Part shown: positions 26,472 through 37,383 of the stretch, one piece after another
How the letters are laid out: each line of letters starts with the position of its first letter
Numbering within the stretch: the first letter of the stretch is position 1
DNA from: Candidatus Magasanikiibacteriota bacterium
GTDB taxonomy: Bacteria > Patescibacteriota > Patescibacteriia > Magasanikbacterales > GWA2-37-8
Length of the DNA: 64,000 bases
NCBI GenBank assembly: GCA_041678665.1
Contig: JBAYNU010000001.1
Coordinates: forward strand, 80,996 to 144,995
Direction of reading: 5' to 3'
Made by a program: the position numbers and the translations under genes
The notes under the pieces: model-generated
Databases searched by the model: none
What the model was told of the DNA's origin: nothing
What the model saw: the letters and a program-made list of their open reading frames with translations, nothing else

Positions 26472-27569
26472 CTATTGCAAAATATCTTCCACAATTTTTA
26501 CGATTCTTCCGGGATCGGCAATCGGCAATAATTGGTGTAGTTGCCGACCCAAAATCCGCCGACGTTCCGCTAATAAAACCACCTCTTTTGTTTGCTGGGC
26601 CAATTTTAATCCGCTGTCTACTTTTTCGTTTATAATCAATGCGGCATTACGACTAGCAAAAAACTGAGCATTACTTTCCTGATGACCTTCTTTGGGTAAC
26701 AAAATCGCCGGTTTAGACAAAAGGGCCAACTCAGTAATAGTGTTAAAACCAGCTCTAGCCACAACCACATCAGCTGCCGCGTAGGCATATTTCATTTCTT
26801 TGGTAAAAAAATCAAAAACATGGTAATTGGGAAAAACCCCGGCAACACGCCTAGACAATTCTTGCGGGCGTTCTTTTCCCACCAAATGTATTACCTGCCA
26901 GTCCTTAGGCCAAGCCGGCAAAGCTTCGGTGAGTATTTGATTGAGACGAGCCGAGCCAGTACCTCCGCCTACTACAAATATCACCGGCGATGCTACCGGT
27001 AATCCAAAATACTTTTTACCTTCCGCCGAACTTATTCCCGCGAGAGAACGTGCAGGATTGCCTAGCCACTCGGTTTTACGAGAAGAAAAAAATTTAACGC
27101 AATCAGCTAACGCCACGGTAATTTTACGCGCCGCTGGAGCCATCAATCTATTGGCTAACCCCGGCGCAACATCTTGCTGATGGATCCATGACGGCACGCC
27201 TAATATCCAACCAGCCCAATGCAATGGCACACTGATAAAACCACCAGCGGAAATAAGTAAATCGGGTTTTTCTTGCCAAATCAATAATAACGACTGAAAA
27301 AAAGCGACAATAATTTTAAAAAAATCAAAAAAATTCGATAAAGAAAAATAACGCCGCCACTTGCCGGCGCTTATAATGAAATAAGGAATATCATATTGTT
27401 CTAACAAAGTTCTCTCTGGACCATCGCTACTGCCAACCCAGATAAACCGAGCATGGGGATATTTTTGAATAAACGCTTCTCGAATGGCTAGTAGCGGTGT
27501 TACCGGACCAAGTGTTCCCCCGCCTGAAAAAACAATTTTAACATCATCCAACTTATTATCCTCAATCAC
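26472..27569 (-). CDS. murG: MurG GlcNAc transferase
   Basis: SGGGTLGP, GGFISVP, HQQD..PGLANR, GGGTGS, ARAG and HQESNA motifs. Confidence 0.92.
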   Translation of the reverse strand: MIEDNKLDDVKIVFSGGGTLGPVTPLLAIREAFIQKYPHARFIWVGSSDGPERTLLEQYDIPYFIISAGKWRRYFSLSNFFDFFKIIVAFFQSLLLIWQEKPDLLISAGGFISVPLHWAGWILGVPSWIHQQDVAPGLANRLMAPAARKITVALADCVKFFSSRKTEWLGNPARSLAGISSAEGKKYFGLPVASPVIFVVGGGTGSARLNQILTEALPAWPKDWQVIHLVGKERPQELSRRVAGVFPNYHVFDFFTKEMKYAYAAADVVVARAGFNTITELALLSKPAILLPKEGHQESNAQFFASRNAALIINEKVDSGLKLAQQTKEVVLLAERRRILGRQLHQLLPIADPGRIVKIVEDILQ

Positions 27570-27596
27570 ACAAATAGGATATTTATAAATTAAAAT

Positions 27597-28904
27597 TTAA
27601 TAATCTCTTAATTTTGCCATGATATCCGATTGCTGAATACGCTCCAAAGCTTTAGCCTCAATTTGCCGAATACGTTCACGAGTAACACCAAATTCCTGCC
27701 CTACTTCTTCTAAGGTGTGGGTCACGCCATCCGTTAAACCAAACCTCATTTCTAATATCTTTTGTTCACGCGGGGTAAGATTCTTGATGGCATCTTTTAC
27801 ATAATCGCGCAAAATTTGCAAAGCCGCGCTCCGATCGGGTGAAACATTTTTAATATCTTCAATAAAATCCTGAAGTGAAGTATCATCATCGTCGTCTCCC
27901 ACCGATACCTCCAAAGATACGGTATCTTGGGAAATTTTCATGATATGTTTAATCTTTTCCACTTCTTCGCCCATTTCTGCCGCCAATTCCTCTGGGGTAG
28001 GATCACGCCCCAAATCTTGAGTTAAACGACGAAATACTTGTTGGAAACGATTGATGGTTTCTACCATGTGCACCGGAATACGAATGGTGCGCGACTGGTC
28101 GGCTAAAGCCCGAGTAATCGCTTGACGAATCCACCAGGTAGCATAGGTAGAAAATTTATACCCCTTGCGATGATCAAACTTTTTTACCGCCCGAAATAAC
28201 CCAATGTTACCTTCCTGTATCAAATCCAAAAGTGACAAATTTTTACCAACAAATTTTTTGGCAATCGAAACCACCAAACGTAAATTGGCTTCAATCAGCT
28301 TTCTGTCTGCCGCCTTATCACCTCGTTCTTTGCGTTTGGCCAAAGACACCTCTTCTTCGCCCGACAAAAGAGGAATTTTGCCAATCTCGCGTAAATACAT
28401 TTGAATGGAGTCAGAAGAAATTTCGCCTAAATCAAATGGCACATCCATGTCGGGCTGAACCCCTTGAAACCCTTTGAGAGTTTCAACATTCTCGGCTTTT
28501 ACTCCCAATAAATTACTCTGCGTTTCCACTACCGCCATACCATTTTTTTCTACCACATCCAAAAAACCCTCAAATAAATCCAAATGATGTTCTGGCCGAG
28601 GGAAAAGCTGATTAAGTTCAATTTCAGTAATAAACCCTCGATTACGGCCTTTACGAATCAACGTCCAAATCTGTTCTGGTGTTGGTTCAACAATTACTTC
28701 GGGAGAAATAAGTTTATTTTTCTTAGTCTTGTCTTTATGGCCACGCTTCAAGACAAGCTGGCTACGCTTACCAACCACCTTGTTTTTTTTCTGCACCAAA
28801 ACTTGCCGAACCGGCTTAACTTTATTCTTGGAAACTTTTTTTATTTTAAAATGACGAATTTTTTTAACTAACTTTTTAGACTTAACCTTCCTTTTAATGG
28901 GCAT
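27597..28904 (-). CDS. rpoD: RNA polymerase primary sigma factor
   Basis: [38 protein letters not shown] and [13 protein letters not shown] motifs; Lys-rich N-terminus. Confidence 0.97.
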   Translation of the reverse strand: MPIKRKVKSKKLVKKIRHFKIKKVSKNKVKPVRQVLVQKKNKVVGKRSQLVLKRGHKDKTKKNKLISPEVIVEPTPEQIWTLIRKGRNRGFITEIELNQLFPRPEHHLDLFEGFLDVVEKNGMAVVETQSNLLGVKAENVETLKGFQGVQPDMDVPFDLGEISSDSIQMYLREIGKIPLLSGEEEVSLAKRKERGDKAADRKLIEANLRLVVSIAKKFVGKNLSLLDLIQEGNIGLFRAVKKFDHRKGYKFSTYATWWIRQAITRALADQSRTIRIPVHMVETINRFQQVFRRLTQDLGRDPTPEELAAEMGEEVEKIKHIMKISQDTVSLEVSVGDDDDDTSLQDFIEDIKNVSPDRSAALQILRDYVKDAIKNLTPREQKILEMRFGLTDGVTHTLEEVGQEFGVTRERIRQIEAKALERIQQSDIMAKLRDY

Positions 28905-28915
28905 AGTAGTATAAA

Positions 28916-30691
28916 TTATAAATTTTGTAATTCATTTAATAAGCCGTCTAATTGCTCTTTATCTGGCATCTTTTCCGCTTTTTCTAATTCTTTTTGTATT
29001 GTTTGCCGTCGTTTTTTCGTCCATTCAATTTTGGCCTGATTCACCAAATCCACCGCCTCTTTTCGAGCTTGTTCATCGGTAAAATCACAAAAATCCTTTT
29101 CCGCTTGAAGCAAAAGGATATCAAGCAAACCATCGGTGGAAATCTTTTGATATTGCTTTTCCAACTCCGACACGTCTATGACCTTAGTATTATACTGTTT
29201 AGATACCAAATCGTAAAGAGCTTGATGCTGAGGAGACAAATATTCCGACTTCAATTGTCCAACAAGCCAACCAAATACCGCTGGAAATTTGAGCATCAAA
29301 GCCATCAAGGCGTCACCTATCATGGTCATCTTATCTTTATTCTCTATCTTAGCTGCTGGTTTCTGCTCTGGTTTAAAACCAACATGCTTGATCTTATCGG
29401 CAATAATTTTTTTACTCTCCTCGCGTAAAACGGCGGTGTCTATGTCTAACTCGTTACTTAATTTTTTAAGCCAATCGTCACGTTCGACAACGTGCGGTAT
29501 GCGTAAAATCTCTGCGAGCAAAATCTCGGCGGCTTTTTGTTTTTGAATAGGATCATGCTTATTATATTTGGATAAAGTACCGGCAAAATACCATTCCATA
29601 ACCCCATCGGCATTTTTTACGGCGTCAAACCAAACTGAAGAATTAATTTTAATACACTCATCGGCATCTTTGCCAGCACCAGTGGGGATAGAAATAACTC
29701 GCACGTTTAATCCTTCTTCCAACGCCACTGCTATCCCCCGTTTGGCGGCTTCCTGTCCAGCGCTATCCGCATCAAAAGCTACCGCCACGTTATTGGTATA
29801 GCGTTTAATCAATTTTACTTGCTCGGCGGTCAAAGCGGTACCCGATGAAGCGATTACATTTTTCATACCCGCTTGATGACAAGCGATAACGTCCATTTGA
29901 CCTTCAACAATTACTGCTAAATCACTGGATTTAATTTCCATTTTAGCTTTATCCAAACCATAAATTACCCGCGACTTATCATAAGCCGAAGTTTGCGGAG
30001 TATTAACGTATTTACCGCCAGAATGATCAGTCTCTACTAAAACTCGACCCGTAAAACCAACCACATTGCCGTGGGCATCCCAAATTGGAAACATTATCCG
30101 TCCCCGAAAACGATCATAAAACCCCTTACCAGCGGGAGCGTTTTCTTTGCGAATAGTGAGCCCAGCGGCCACTAAATCATCCACACCAAAACCCTTTTTA
30201 ATTAAGTACTGAGTCAAAAGCTCCCATTGATCTGGAATAAATCCAATTTGCCATTGCGCAATTGTTTCTTTTTTTAAACCACGCCTATCCAAATAAGCCC
30301 GCGCCGAAAGCGCCGCATTCATCTCCAATAAAAAACGATGAAAAAAAATCACGGCCGCTTTGTTAACATCCAAAATTCTATTTTTTTGACTCTTGTCAAT
30401 TTCACTACGAAAATTATCCAGCTTTACCCCCGCACGTTCAGCCAAAAGTTTGAGTGCTTCCGGAAAATCTAACCCTTCAATTTCTTGAATAAAAGTAAAA
30501 ACATCCCCACCTTTGCCACAGCCAAAACAGTGCCAAATCTGTTTGTCGGGATGAATCATAAAAGACGGCGTCTTTTCGTTATGGAAAGGACACCGTGCTT
30601 TATAATTCGCGCCTGCTTTTTTAACCTGAATATACTCGCCAAGCAATTGCACAATATCAATCCGATCCTTAATTGTACTCACGTCGGTCAT
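28916..30691 (-). CDS. dnaG: DNA primase
   Basis: [15 protein letters not shown] zinc finger; [15 protein letters not shown] and FDADSAG (TOPRIM) motifs. Confidence 0.97.
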   Translation of the reverse strand: MTDVSTIKDRIDIVQLLGEYIQVKKAGANYKARCPFHNEKTPSFMIHPDKQIWHCFGCGKGGDVFTFIQEIEGLDFPEALKLLAERAGVKLDNFRSEIDKSQKNRILDVNKAAVIFFHRFLLEMNAALSARAYLDRRGLKKETIAQWQIGFIPDQWELLTQYLIKKGFGVDDLVAAGLTIRKENAPAGKGFYDRFRGRIMFPIWDAHGNVVGFTGRVLVETDHSGGKYVNTPQTSAYDKSRVIYGLDKAKMEIKSSDLAVIVEGQMDVIACHQAGMKNVIASSGTALTAEQVKLIKRYTNNVAVAFDADSAGQEAAKRGIAVALEEGLNVRVISIPTGAGKDADECIKINSSVWFDAVKNADGVMEWYFAGTLSKYNKHDPIQKQKAAEILLAEILRIPHVVERDDWLKKLSNELDIDTAVLREESKKIIADKIKHVGFKPEQKPAAKIENKDKMTMIGDALMALMLKFPAVFGWLVGQLKSEYLSPQHQALYDLVSKQYNTKVIDVSELEKQYQKISTDGLLDILLLQAEKDFCDFTDEQARKEAVDLVNQAKIEWTKKRRQTIQKELEKAEKMPDKEQLDGLLNELQNL

Positions 30692-30706
30692 ACTAAATTA
30701 TCTACC

Positions 30707-31810
30707 TTAATCAACAAACTCGAATCCGGCTATCATTTTATCAAATGCAGCAATATAATCACCGGTGTCGTTGGTAACAAAAAACACATATACTCGATTA
30801 TTTTTCTCGGCAAAGATATAGCGCTCCGGCTTGTTACGTGTACCTTTATAAAAAGTAAGATAAACGCTCTTGTGGTCGGACAACAAGGTTAAGCTCTGAA
30901 AATATTTTAATTTACGTCCATTAAAAGCGCGCTCTGACTCTTGGGCAATGGTACTGCTAGTAATTCTTAATCCGACTGTTTTATCATCTGCGTCTTTTCC
31001 GCAAACAAACAACTCCACATCCACCGGTGGATATACCTGATCGGAATTATTTTTGAATAAACAATCATTGGGATAAATTAGTTTAAATTTAAAACGCTCG
31101 TTAATATATGTTTGTCCGGTCGGTTTAATAACCCCACCATTATTTGAATTACTATTAACCGTTTCATCACCTTGATCACTATCTACCGCCGGCAATTCAT
31201 TAGCAAAAAATTTCATTGATCCAATAATGCGATTAAATAAATTTAGCGACGTGTCGGTCAAATCATTGCGCCCAATAGAAATATAAATGTAATAATCCTG
31301 ATCTTGGTTGATAAAATAAGCCGGCCCAGGCACAGCTCCGGCCCAATCTGATTTTTCCACTTTGATTGCACTTCGTCCGCCAATATTTACCGACGTACGT
31401 TTGCCGTTGGGCAGCAGTCCTGTTTTATTATTACTATCAATTTTGCTGTCAATCCAGGCGATAAAGTTAGTCGTGGTATTTTTCTTTATGCCGGCACGAA
31501 TTTCTATCCCCAAAAAATCAGGTGGACATTGCACCCCGATACAATCCGCGTTGCCTAATTTTACACTTAAAAAATCATCGGAAACACTCTCGTTTTTGAA
31601 CCAATTTGAAGGATAGTCAAAACTAACGCCATATTTTTTGTTCTCATAAGTTCGCCAACCGCTCACCGTAGAAGGACTGTCTGTGCCACCAGTATCTAAT
31701 GATGTGGAATTTTGCACATAAAGCGAAGTGCCTTCGTTGGAACATGATGCTCCCATAAATAACAAAACACCTAACGCCAAAAATAGCAGGCTTAATTTTT
31801 TACCCATCAT
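30707..31810 (-). CDS. Lipoprotein-like protein with two PsbP-related domains
   Basis: Signal ending FMGASC; two TYxNxxxxxxxxYP ... Fxxxxxxxxf units. Confidence 0.7.
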   Translation of the reverse strand: MMGKKLSLLFLALGVLLFMGASCSNEGTSLYVQNSTSLDTGGTDSPSTVSGWRTYENKKYGVSFDYPSNWFKNESVSDDFLSVKLGNADCIGVQCPPDFLGIEIRAGIKKNTTTNFIAWIDSKIDSNNKTGLLPNGKRTSVNIGGRSAIKVEKSDWAGAVPGPAYFINQDQDYYIYISIGRNDLTDTSLNLFNRIIGSMKFFANELPAVDSDQGDETVNSNSNNGGVIKPTGQTYINERFKFKLIYPNDCLFKNNSDQVYPPVDVELFVCGKDADDKTVGLRITSSTIAQESERAFNGRKLKYFQSLTLLSDHKSVYLTFYKGTRNKPERYIFAEKNNRVYVFFVTNDTGDYIAAFDKMIAGFEFVD

Positions 31811-31912
31811 ATAATTTATTTAGAAGTTACAGTGTCATTTTACCTTAAAACCCAACCCTTGACAAGACCGGCAAAATGTGCTTAATAAAAATGCTTTTAG
31901 CTAAAACCAGCT

Positions 31913-33157
31913 TTATTCACGCCTTAATGCGTCAATCGGATTTAAAGCTGAGGCCTTGCGGGCGGGATACAACCCAAATATTAAGCCAATCACACCCGAA
32001 AATCCAACTGCGAGAATTATAGAAGAAATTGGTATAGAATAAACCCAGACAAAATTATAATAAATTGCGATGAAATAAATAAGTAGCGCCAACAGAGCGC
32101 CTAGAATAATTCCCACTACTCCCCCGCTAATAGTAAGTAAAACCGCCTCGGATAAAAATTGCCACATAATATCACGCGAACGCGCGCCTAAACTTTTACG
32201 CAAACCAATCTCAAATGTCCGCTCGGTTACCGACACATACATAATATTCATAATCCCTACCCCGCCGACTAATAATGACACGCAAACCAAAGCAACTAAT
32301 AAAAATGTCAGTCCATTTACCACAGTGGATAACATCTTGACCGCTTCTTCCATAGTATTCACGGCAAAATCATCTTTGTTGGGATCAGTAATATCGTGAT
32401 TTTCACGCACCGCTTCCTCTAATTCAATCACCGTTTGTTTAATTTGCGAACGATCTTTTGCTTTACCTACAATTTCTAAAAAATAATCCACCCCCAAAAT
32501 TCGTTTTTGCATAGTTTTGGTGGGTAAATAAGCCACGGTATCAAAATCCATGCCCATAACGGCGCCACGTTTTTTAGCCACGCCCACCACTCGAAATGGC
32601 TTGCCTTTGATATAAACCGTTTTTCCTACGGCCTCATCATCGCCAAACAAATTATCTTTCAACGACGACCCTAAAACCGTCACTTGCGAAAGCGATTCTT
32701 CTTCGGATTGCGTATAAAGCCGCCCGGCCGACAATTCAAACTTTTCCACCTCTTGCAAATTATAACCTTCACCAAAAAGCATGGCAGTTTTGGTTTGATC
32801 TTGATATTTAATTACCGCCTGACCCATGACAATACCGTAAGCCGCCATAATGTTAGAATTTTTCCGCGTCGATTCCAAATCCTTCTCCTTTAAGGTGGTA
32901 ATAGTAATACCTGTAGCCATACCCATGGCATTATCCGAGCTAGCTTTTTTAGTGGACGGCACTTTTACTTCTATCGTGATGGTATTGGGAGAGAATGTTT
33001 CCAGCTGACTCATCACCATTTTATCTAAACCTCGCCCAGCCGCCATAATTGCGATTACCAAAGCAATACCAATGCTCACCCCGATAATCGTCAAAATCGC
33101 ACGAGTTTTCTGCGCGCGTAGGGATTTATAGGCGAGTTGTAAAGGTATTAAGTTCAT
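31913..33157 (-). CDS. MacB/FtsX-type ABC permease
   Basis: LTIIGVSIG, SLLVGGVGIMNIMYVSVTERTFEIGLRKSLGA and PARKASALNPIDALR motifs. Confidence 0.93.
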   Translation of the reverse strand: MNLIPLQLAYKSLRAQKTRAILTIIGVSIGIALVIAIMAAGRGLDKMVMSQLETFSPNTITIEVKVPSTKKASSDNAMGMATGITITTLKEKDLESTRKNSNIMAAYGIVMGQAVIKYQDQTKTAMLFGEGYNLQEVEKFELSAGRLYTQSEEESLSQVTVLGSSLKDNLFGDDEAVGKTVYIKGKPFRVVGVAKKRGAVMGMDFDTVAYLPTKTMQKRILGVDYFLEIVGKAKDRSQIKQTVIELEEAVRENHDITDPNKDDFAVNTMEEAVKMLSTVVNGLTFLLVALVCVSLLVGGVGIMNIMYVSVTERTFEIGLRKSLGARSRDIMWQFLSEAVLLTISGGVVGIILGALLALLIYFIAIYYNFVWVYSIPISSIILAVGFSGVIGLIFGLYPARKASALNPIDALRRE

Positions 33158-33218
33158 AGCCAATAGTTCACAGCCAATAGGTTGGCGACTATGAACTTTT
33201 GGCTATTGGCTAAGAACT
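33151..33218. repeat. 68-bp inverted heptamer cassette (AGTTCAT/AGCCAAT units)
   Basis: Four direct units, core gttggcga, four inverted units; spans the stop-to-start gap of the two permeases. Confidence 0.8.
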
Positions 33219-34452
33219 ACTCGTATCTTAGCGCCTCAATCGGATCAAGCTTGGCGGCGCGTTTGGCCGGGGAAATTCCAAAAATCAAACCTACACCGAC
33301 CGACACTAACACCCCCATCACAATTGAAGAAAATGAAACAGAAAAATCCCAGCTATAACCCATGCCCTGCGCCACTTTGGCCACGGTGTAAGAAATTAAA
33401 ATGCCCAAAATAATTCCAATCACCCCACCGATAGAGGTAATCATGATTGACTCTACCAAAAATTGCGAAGTAATATTTTTATTCTTCGCCCCCACTGCTT
33501 TGCGTAATCCTATTTCACGCGTGCGTTCCTGCACAGCCGCAAGCATAATATTCATAATGCCAATTCCGCCCACAATAAGAGCGATCGCCGCTACCGCCGC
33601 CAGAAACATCTTGAGGGCATTGGTTATAGAAGTTATGGCATCCAAACTCTGTGCCATTGAACGCACCGAAAAATCATCATCTTTGGCATTTTCAATCTTA
33701 TGTCTTTCGCGTAAAATAACCTTGGCATCTTCCATGGCCGAATTAACATTGTCGCCAGTGTCAACTTTAAGCCGCGCAAAACTAATATGGTTTATTCCAA
33801 GTAATAACTTTTGTGCCGTATTAAGTGGCACAAAAATTTGGTCATCCTGATTTTGCATACCACTACTACCACGCGCCTTCATCACTCCGACAATATTAAA
33901 AACGGTTTTTTTAATTTTAATATCCTGTCCCAGGGGATTCTGATCGCTAAATAAGTTTTTAGCTACCGTACTACCAATTACCGCTACTCGCGCTACACTC
34001 CTATCCTCATCCTCGGTAAAAAATCTTCCTACTCCAATAGACGCGTCTTCCACATCCGGATATTGACCGGATACACCAGTAAAATTGGTATCGGTTTTTT
34101 GATCGCCCCAGGTGATGGTATCAGTCCCTTTTACATAACCGGTCGCCGCCAAAATATGCGGGTTATTTTTTGTCACCGCCACTATATCGCTTTCTTTAAG
34201 AGTGGTAATTACAATCCCCATAACCGAAGCTGGGGGGCCTTTTTCATCCGAAGCACCGGGTAAAATACCAATAAGATTGGAACCCATGCTTTTCACTTGA
34301 TTAATAATCAAACTCTGCGCCCCTGCTCCCACTGACATCACAATAATCACAGCCATTACGCCAATAATAATTCCGAGCATCGTTAAAAATGATCGAACCT
34401 TATTGCGCCCGATTACATGCCAGACACTGTGAATTTCTTGAAGTAAGTTCAT
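33217..34452 (-). CDS. MacB/FtsX-type ABC permease
   Basis: RSFLTMLGIIIG, GGIGIMNIML..ERTREIGLRKAVGA and LDPIEALRYE motifs. Confidence 0.93.
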   Translation of the reverse strand: MNLLQEIHSVWHVIGRNKVRSFLTMLGIIIGVMAVIIVMSVGAGAQSLIINQVKSMGSNLIGILPGASDEKGPPASVMGIVITTLKESDIVAVTKNNPHILAATGYVKGTDTITWGDQKTDTNFTGVSGQYPDVEDASIGVGRFFTEDEDRSVARVAVIGSTVAKNLFSDQNPLGQDIKIKKTVFNIVGVMKARGSSGMQNQDDQIFVPLNTAQKLLLGINHISFARLKVDTGDNVNSAMEDAKVILRERHKIENAKDDDFSVRSMAQSLDAITSITNALKMFLAAVAAIALIVGGIGIMNIMLAAVQERTREIGLRKAVGAKNKNITSQFLVESIMITSIGGVIGIILGILISYTVAKVAQGMGYSWDFSVSFSSIVMGVLVSVGVGLIFGISPAKRAAKLDPIEALRYE

Positions 34453-34527
34453 GAAAACATTAAAACATCAAAACATTAAAACAATTTCTATTTGTTTTAA
34501 TATTCTTGTGTTCTCGTGCTTTAACGA

Positions 34528-35247
34528 TTATTTCACCAGCTCACTCGCTCCTTTTGCGATTTGTCGATTAATCACCTGCTCATCACTTTCAATCACACCA
34601 TCACGAATACGTAATATTCTTTTGGCATGCTCGGCGGTATAGCGTTCGTGAGTAACCAAAATTATCGTGTGTCCACTTTCATTCAAATCTTGCAAAATTT
34701 TCATCACCGCGAGACCGGATTTGGAATCCAAATTGCCAGTCGGCTCATCGGCAAAAATTACTTTGGGATCGTTCACTAATGCCCGGGCGATCGCCACGCG
34801 CTGTTTTTCACCACCCGAAAGCTGACTAGTGTAATAATTCAACCGATGCTCAAGTCCAACAGAAATTAATGCTCGTTTCGCTTTAAAATTACGCGCAGTT
34901 TCACTGTCACCTGTATAGACTAAAGGTAAAGCCACGTTTTCCATCACCGTGGTCCGTGGCAAAAGATTAAACGCTTGAAACACAAACCCGACTGCCTTGC
35001 TACGCATCTCCGCTAGCTCATCATCAGTGAGTTCGTTTACTTTCTTATCATCAAATAAATACTCGCCACAACTAGGCTTATCCATAAAACTCAAAATATG
35101 CATGAGAGTTGACTTACCTGAACCAGATGGCCCCATAATCGCCACAAATTCACCCTTTTCAATCTTAAAATTCAAATCATGAAGCACGGGTGTTTCCACC
35201 TCTCCGCTCACATAGGTTTTACAGAGATCTTTAATACTAATTAACAT
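34528..35247 (-). CDS. ABC ATPase (LolD/MacB-type)
   Basis: [24 protein letters not shown] and ADEPTGNLD motifs. Confidence 0.95.
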   Translation of the reverse strand: MLISIKDLCKTYVSGEVETPVLHDLNFKIEKGEFVAIMGPSGSGKSTLMHILSFMDKPSCGEYLFDDKKVNELTDDELAEMRSKAVGFVFQAFNLLPRTTVMENVALPLVYTGDSETARNFKAKRALISVGLEHRLNYYTSQLSGGEKQRVAIARALVNDPKVIFADEPTGNLDSKSGLAVMKILQDLNESGHTIILVTHERYTAEHAKRILRIRDGVIESDEQVINRQIAKGASELVK

Positions 35248-35295
35248 ATTTGGTAAATTGCTAAATTTCTATTTTAAACAATTTAATAATTTATT

Positions 35296-37020
35296 TTATT
35301 TAGTCCCCACAATCACTATGTCCCCTTCACTTAACCCTTCCAAAATTTCCACCTTACCGTCGTCAGCTTTGAGGCCAATCTGCACCGGCATATCTTTGGC
35401 TTCTTTGCCAATCAAAATTTTTACATACTTACCGTCGTTAGTGCGGACGGCGCGGGAGGGAACATACAATACTCCTTCGCGTTTTTCCGTCGCGATTGTC
35501 ACATTAGTGGTCATCCCAGTCTTGATTGGTTTATCGGTTTCGTCCAAAGATACTTTAATTTTATAATATACCACATCTTGAATTTCGGTGGAGGCTGGCT
35601 CAATGGAAATTACTTTACCGCCAAATTTTACATCGTCCCCAAAAGCATCCAAAGTAATAGCCACCGCATCACTCAAATTTAATTTAGACACATCCGTCTC
35701 TGGAATGTCTACCTCCACTTCAAAATGTGGAGTAATCATTTCAATGGCAATATCGTTGGCCGAAAGTAATTCACCAACTTTCTTATTTACTTTGGCTATC
35801 ACGCCATCAATCGGAGCACGCAAAACCGCCTTACCATAATTAGCTTGAGCTTGCGCCAAAGCCGCCCGCAAAGGAGCTAGATCCACTTCACGCATAGGCT
35901 CAGTTTTATTGTTGTAATTAGCCACAGCTTGATCGTATACCGCCTGTTTAATGGCAATTACACTACTAGCGGTTGCTTTAATATTTTCCAAATCACGCAC
36001 CGCTTTATCATAAGCAATCTGATAAGTAGTATAACTATTTTTAGCATCCGTTAAATCCTGCTTCTTGCCAATCAAAGTAGTATACTGGGTAGAAATAGCC
36101 GCCCGACTGGCTTCGATAACGGTTTTTTTAGCATCCAATGCTGTCTGAGTCAATGATCCTACCGGGGGTGTAGCGGCGAGCACATCAGAAACCTTAAATA
36201 ACAAAGCGCTCATTTGTTCTAAGCTGGAAATAGTTAAATCAATAGCTAAATCCACTGAGGCGTGATTACTGCTGGCAGTCAAAATTATCACTGCACTACG
36301 CGCTTCGGTACGAGCGTTCTTAGCTACCGAATATTGAGTACGCGCGCTATTCAAATAATTACTATTTAAGATGGATAAATAACCTTCAAAATCATCATTA
36401 CCCAAAATATTGTCAACTCCCAAAATATTATCCGCTTGAGTAAGTCCATCATCGAGCTTGGATAAAGTGGACTGCAAGGCAGCAACAATATTCTCATAGG
36501 CCTGACTTACAATTTGACTATTTTCTCCACCTTCCGCTAATTTTAAATTATTTTTAGCTGTTTCTACCGCGGATTCATATGAAGTGATGGAGTTGGCAGT
36601 GTCAGCCTTGGTTTTATTCAAATCAGCCAATGCCTGTTCGGCCAATGCTTTATAATAAGCCCTTTCTTGATCATTAGCGCCGGCAATTTTTTGATTCAAA
36701 TTAGCTTGAGCTTGTGCCACGGCAGCAGCAAGTTCGCTGGCACGCAAAGATGCTAAAAGCTGACCAATTTTAACAGCCTCACCTTCTTTTACTTTCACTT
36801 CACCCAAAGTACCGGCAGTCTCAAACCGTAAGGATAGGTCATTAGAAGATTGAATTTTGCCGGTAGCCTCCACTGTTTGTGCGATATCTCCACGCGCTAC
36901 AGTAAAGGTGTCGTAGTTGGGAGGAGTATTAGCTTTTTTATATTGACCATAACCAACCCAAACCGCGATCAAAACCACTATAGTAATAATCCAAAACTTT
37001 TTAGTTTTATAAAACAACAT
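35296..37020 (-). CDS. Membrane fusion/periplasmic adaptor protein (MacA/HlyD-like) with long coiled coil
   Basis: N-terminal TM; VKEGEAVKIGQLLA, LRAPIDGVI and GMTTNV motifs. Confidence 0.9.
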   Translation of the reverse strand: MLFYKTKKFWIITIVVLIAVWVGYGQYKKANTPPNYDTFTVARGDIAQTVEATGKIQSSNDLSLRFETAGTLGEVKVKEGEAVKIGQLLASLRASELAAAVAQAQANLNQKIAGANDQERAYYKALAEQALADLNKTKADTANSITSYESAVETAKNNLKLAEGGENSQIVSQAYENIVAALQSTLSKLDDGLTQADNILGVDNILGNDDFEGYLSILNSNYLNSARTQYSVAKNARTEARSAVIILTASSNHASVDLAIDLTISSLEQMSALLFKVSDVLAATPPVGSLTQTALDAKKTVIEASRAAISTQYTTLIGKKQDLTDAKNSYTTYQIAYDKAVRDLENIKATASSVIAIKQAVYDQAVANYNNKTEPMREVDLAPLRAALAQAQANYGKAVLRAPIDGVIAKVNKKVGELLSANDIAIEMITPHFEVEVDIPETDVSKLNLSDAVAITLDAFGDDVKFGGKVISIEPASTEIQDVVYYKIKVSLDETDKPIKTGMTTNVTIATEKREGVLYVPSRAVRTNDGKYVKILIGKEAKDMPVQIGLKADDGKVEILEGLSEGDIVIVGTK

Positions 37021-37053
37021 ATAAATTTAATTTATAAGTAATATTAATAATGT

Positions 37054-37278
37054 TTATTTCTTAAGAGCCTTGGTAATTGACGCCATCATAATCGACATCA
37101 TTTTATCAGGTACTAAAACCAAAAAACCGTCATGCTCAAAAATGACAAAACGATCACCGGTTTTTATTTTTAAACTAGTACGCGCTTCTTTGGGTACAAC
37201 TATTTGCCCGCGCTCGCCCATGGTAGCCGACCCACATACGGCGCTAAATAGATGGCTGGATTTATGACAATTTTTCAT
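37054..37278 (-). CDS. AbrB/MazE/SpoVT-family DNA-binding protein
   Basis: TMGERGQIVVPKEARTSLKIKTGD motif. Confidence 0.88.
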   Translation of the reverse strand: MKNCHKSSHLFSAVCGSATMGERGQIVVPKEARTSLKIKTGDRFVIFEHDGFLVLVPDKMMSIMMASITKALKK

Positions 37279-37280
37279 AG

Positions 37281-37317
37281 TAAGTATGATAAATATGAAT
37301 TATCATACTTATCATAC
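37281..37317. promoter_or_regulatory. Candidate operator of the AbrB-MacAB operon
   Basis: TAAGTATGATAA-7nt-TTATCATACTTA inverted repeat plus a third TATCATAC, directly upstream of the start codon. Confidence 0.6.
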
Positions 37318-37383
37318 CATAATCAATCTATTTTTATAAGCCGCTTATCCACAGGATCATCCGACCTTGGAAATAGAAGATTT

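Noticed and set aside
27597-28904. Lys-rich N-terminus of RpoD as a novelty
   Set aside because: Basic low-complexity N-termini occur in primary sigma factors of several lineages; nothing further can be supported from sequence alone.
3845-37353. Replication origin from DnaA boxes
   Set aside because: Only isolated boxes (3845, 37345) with no cluster and no dnaA or dnaN.
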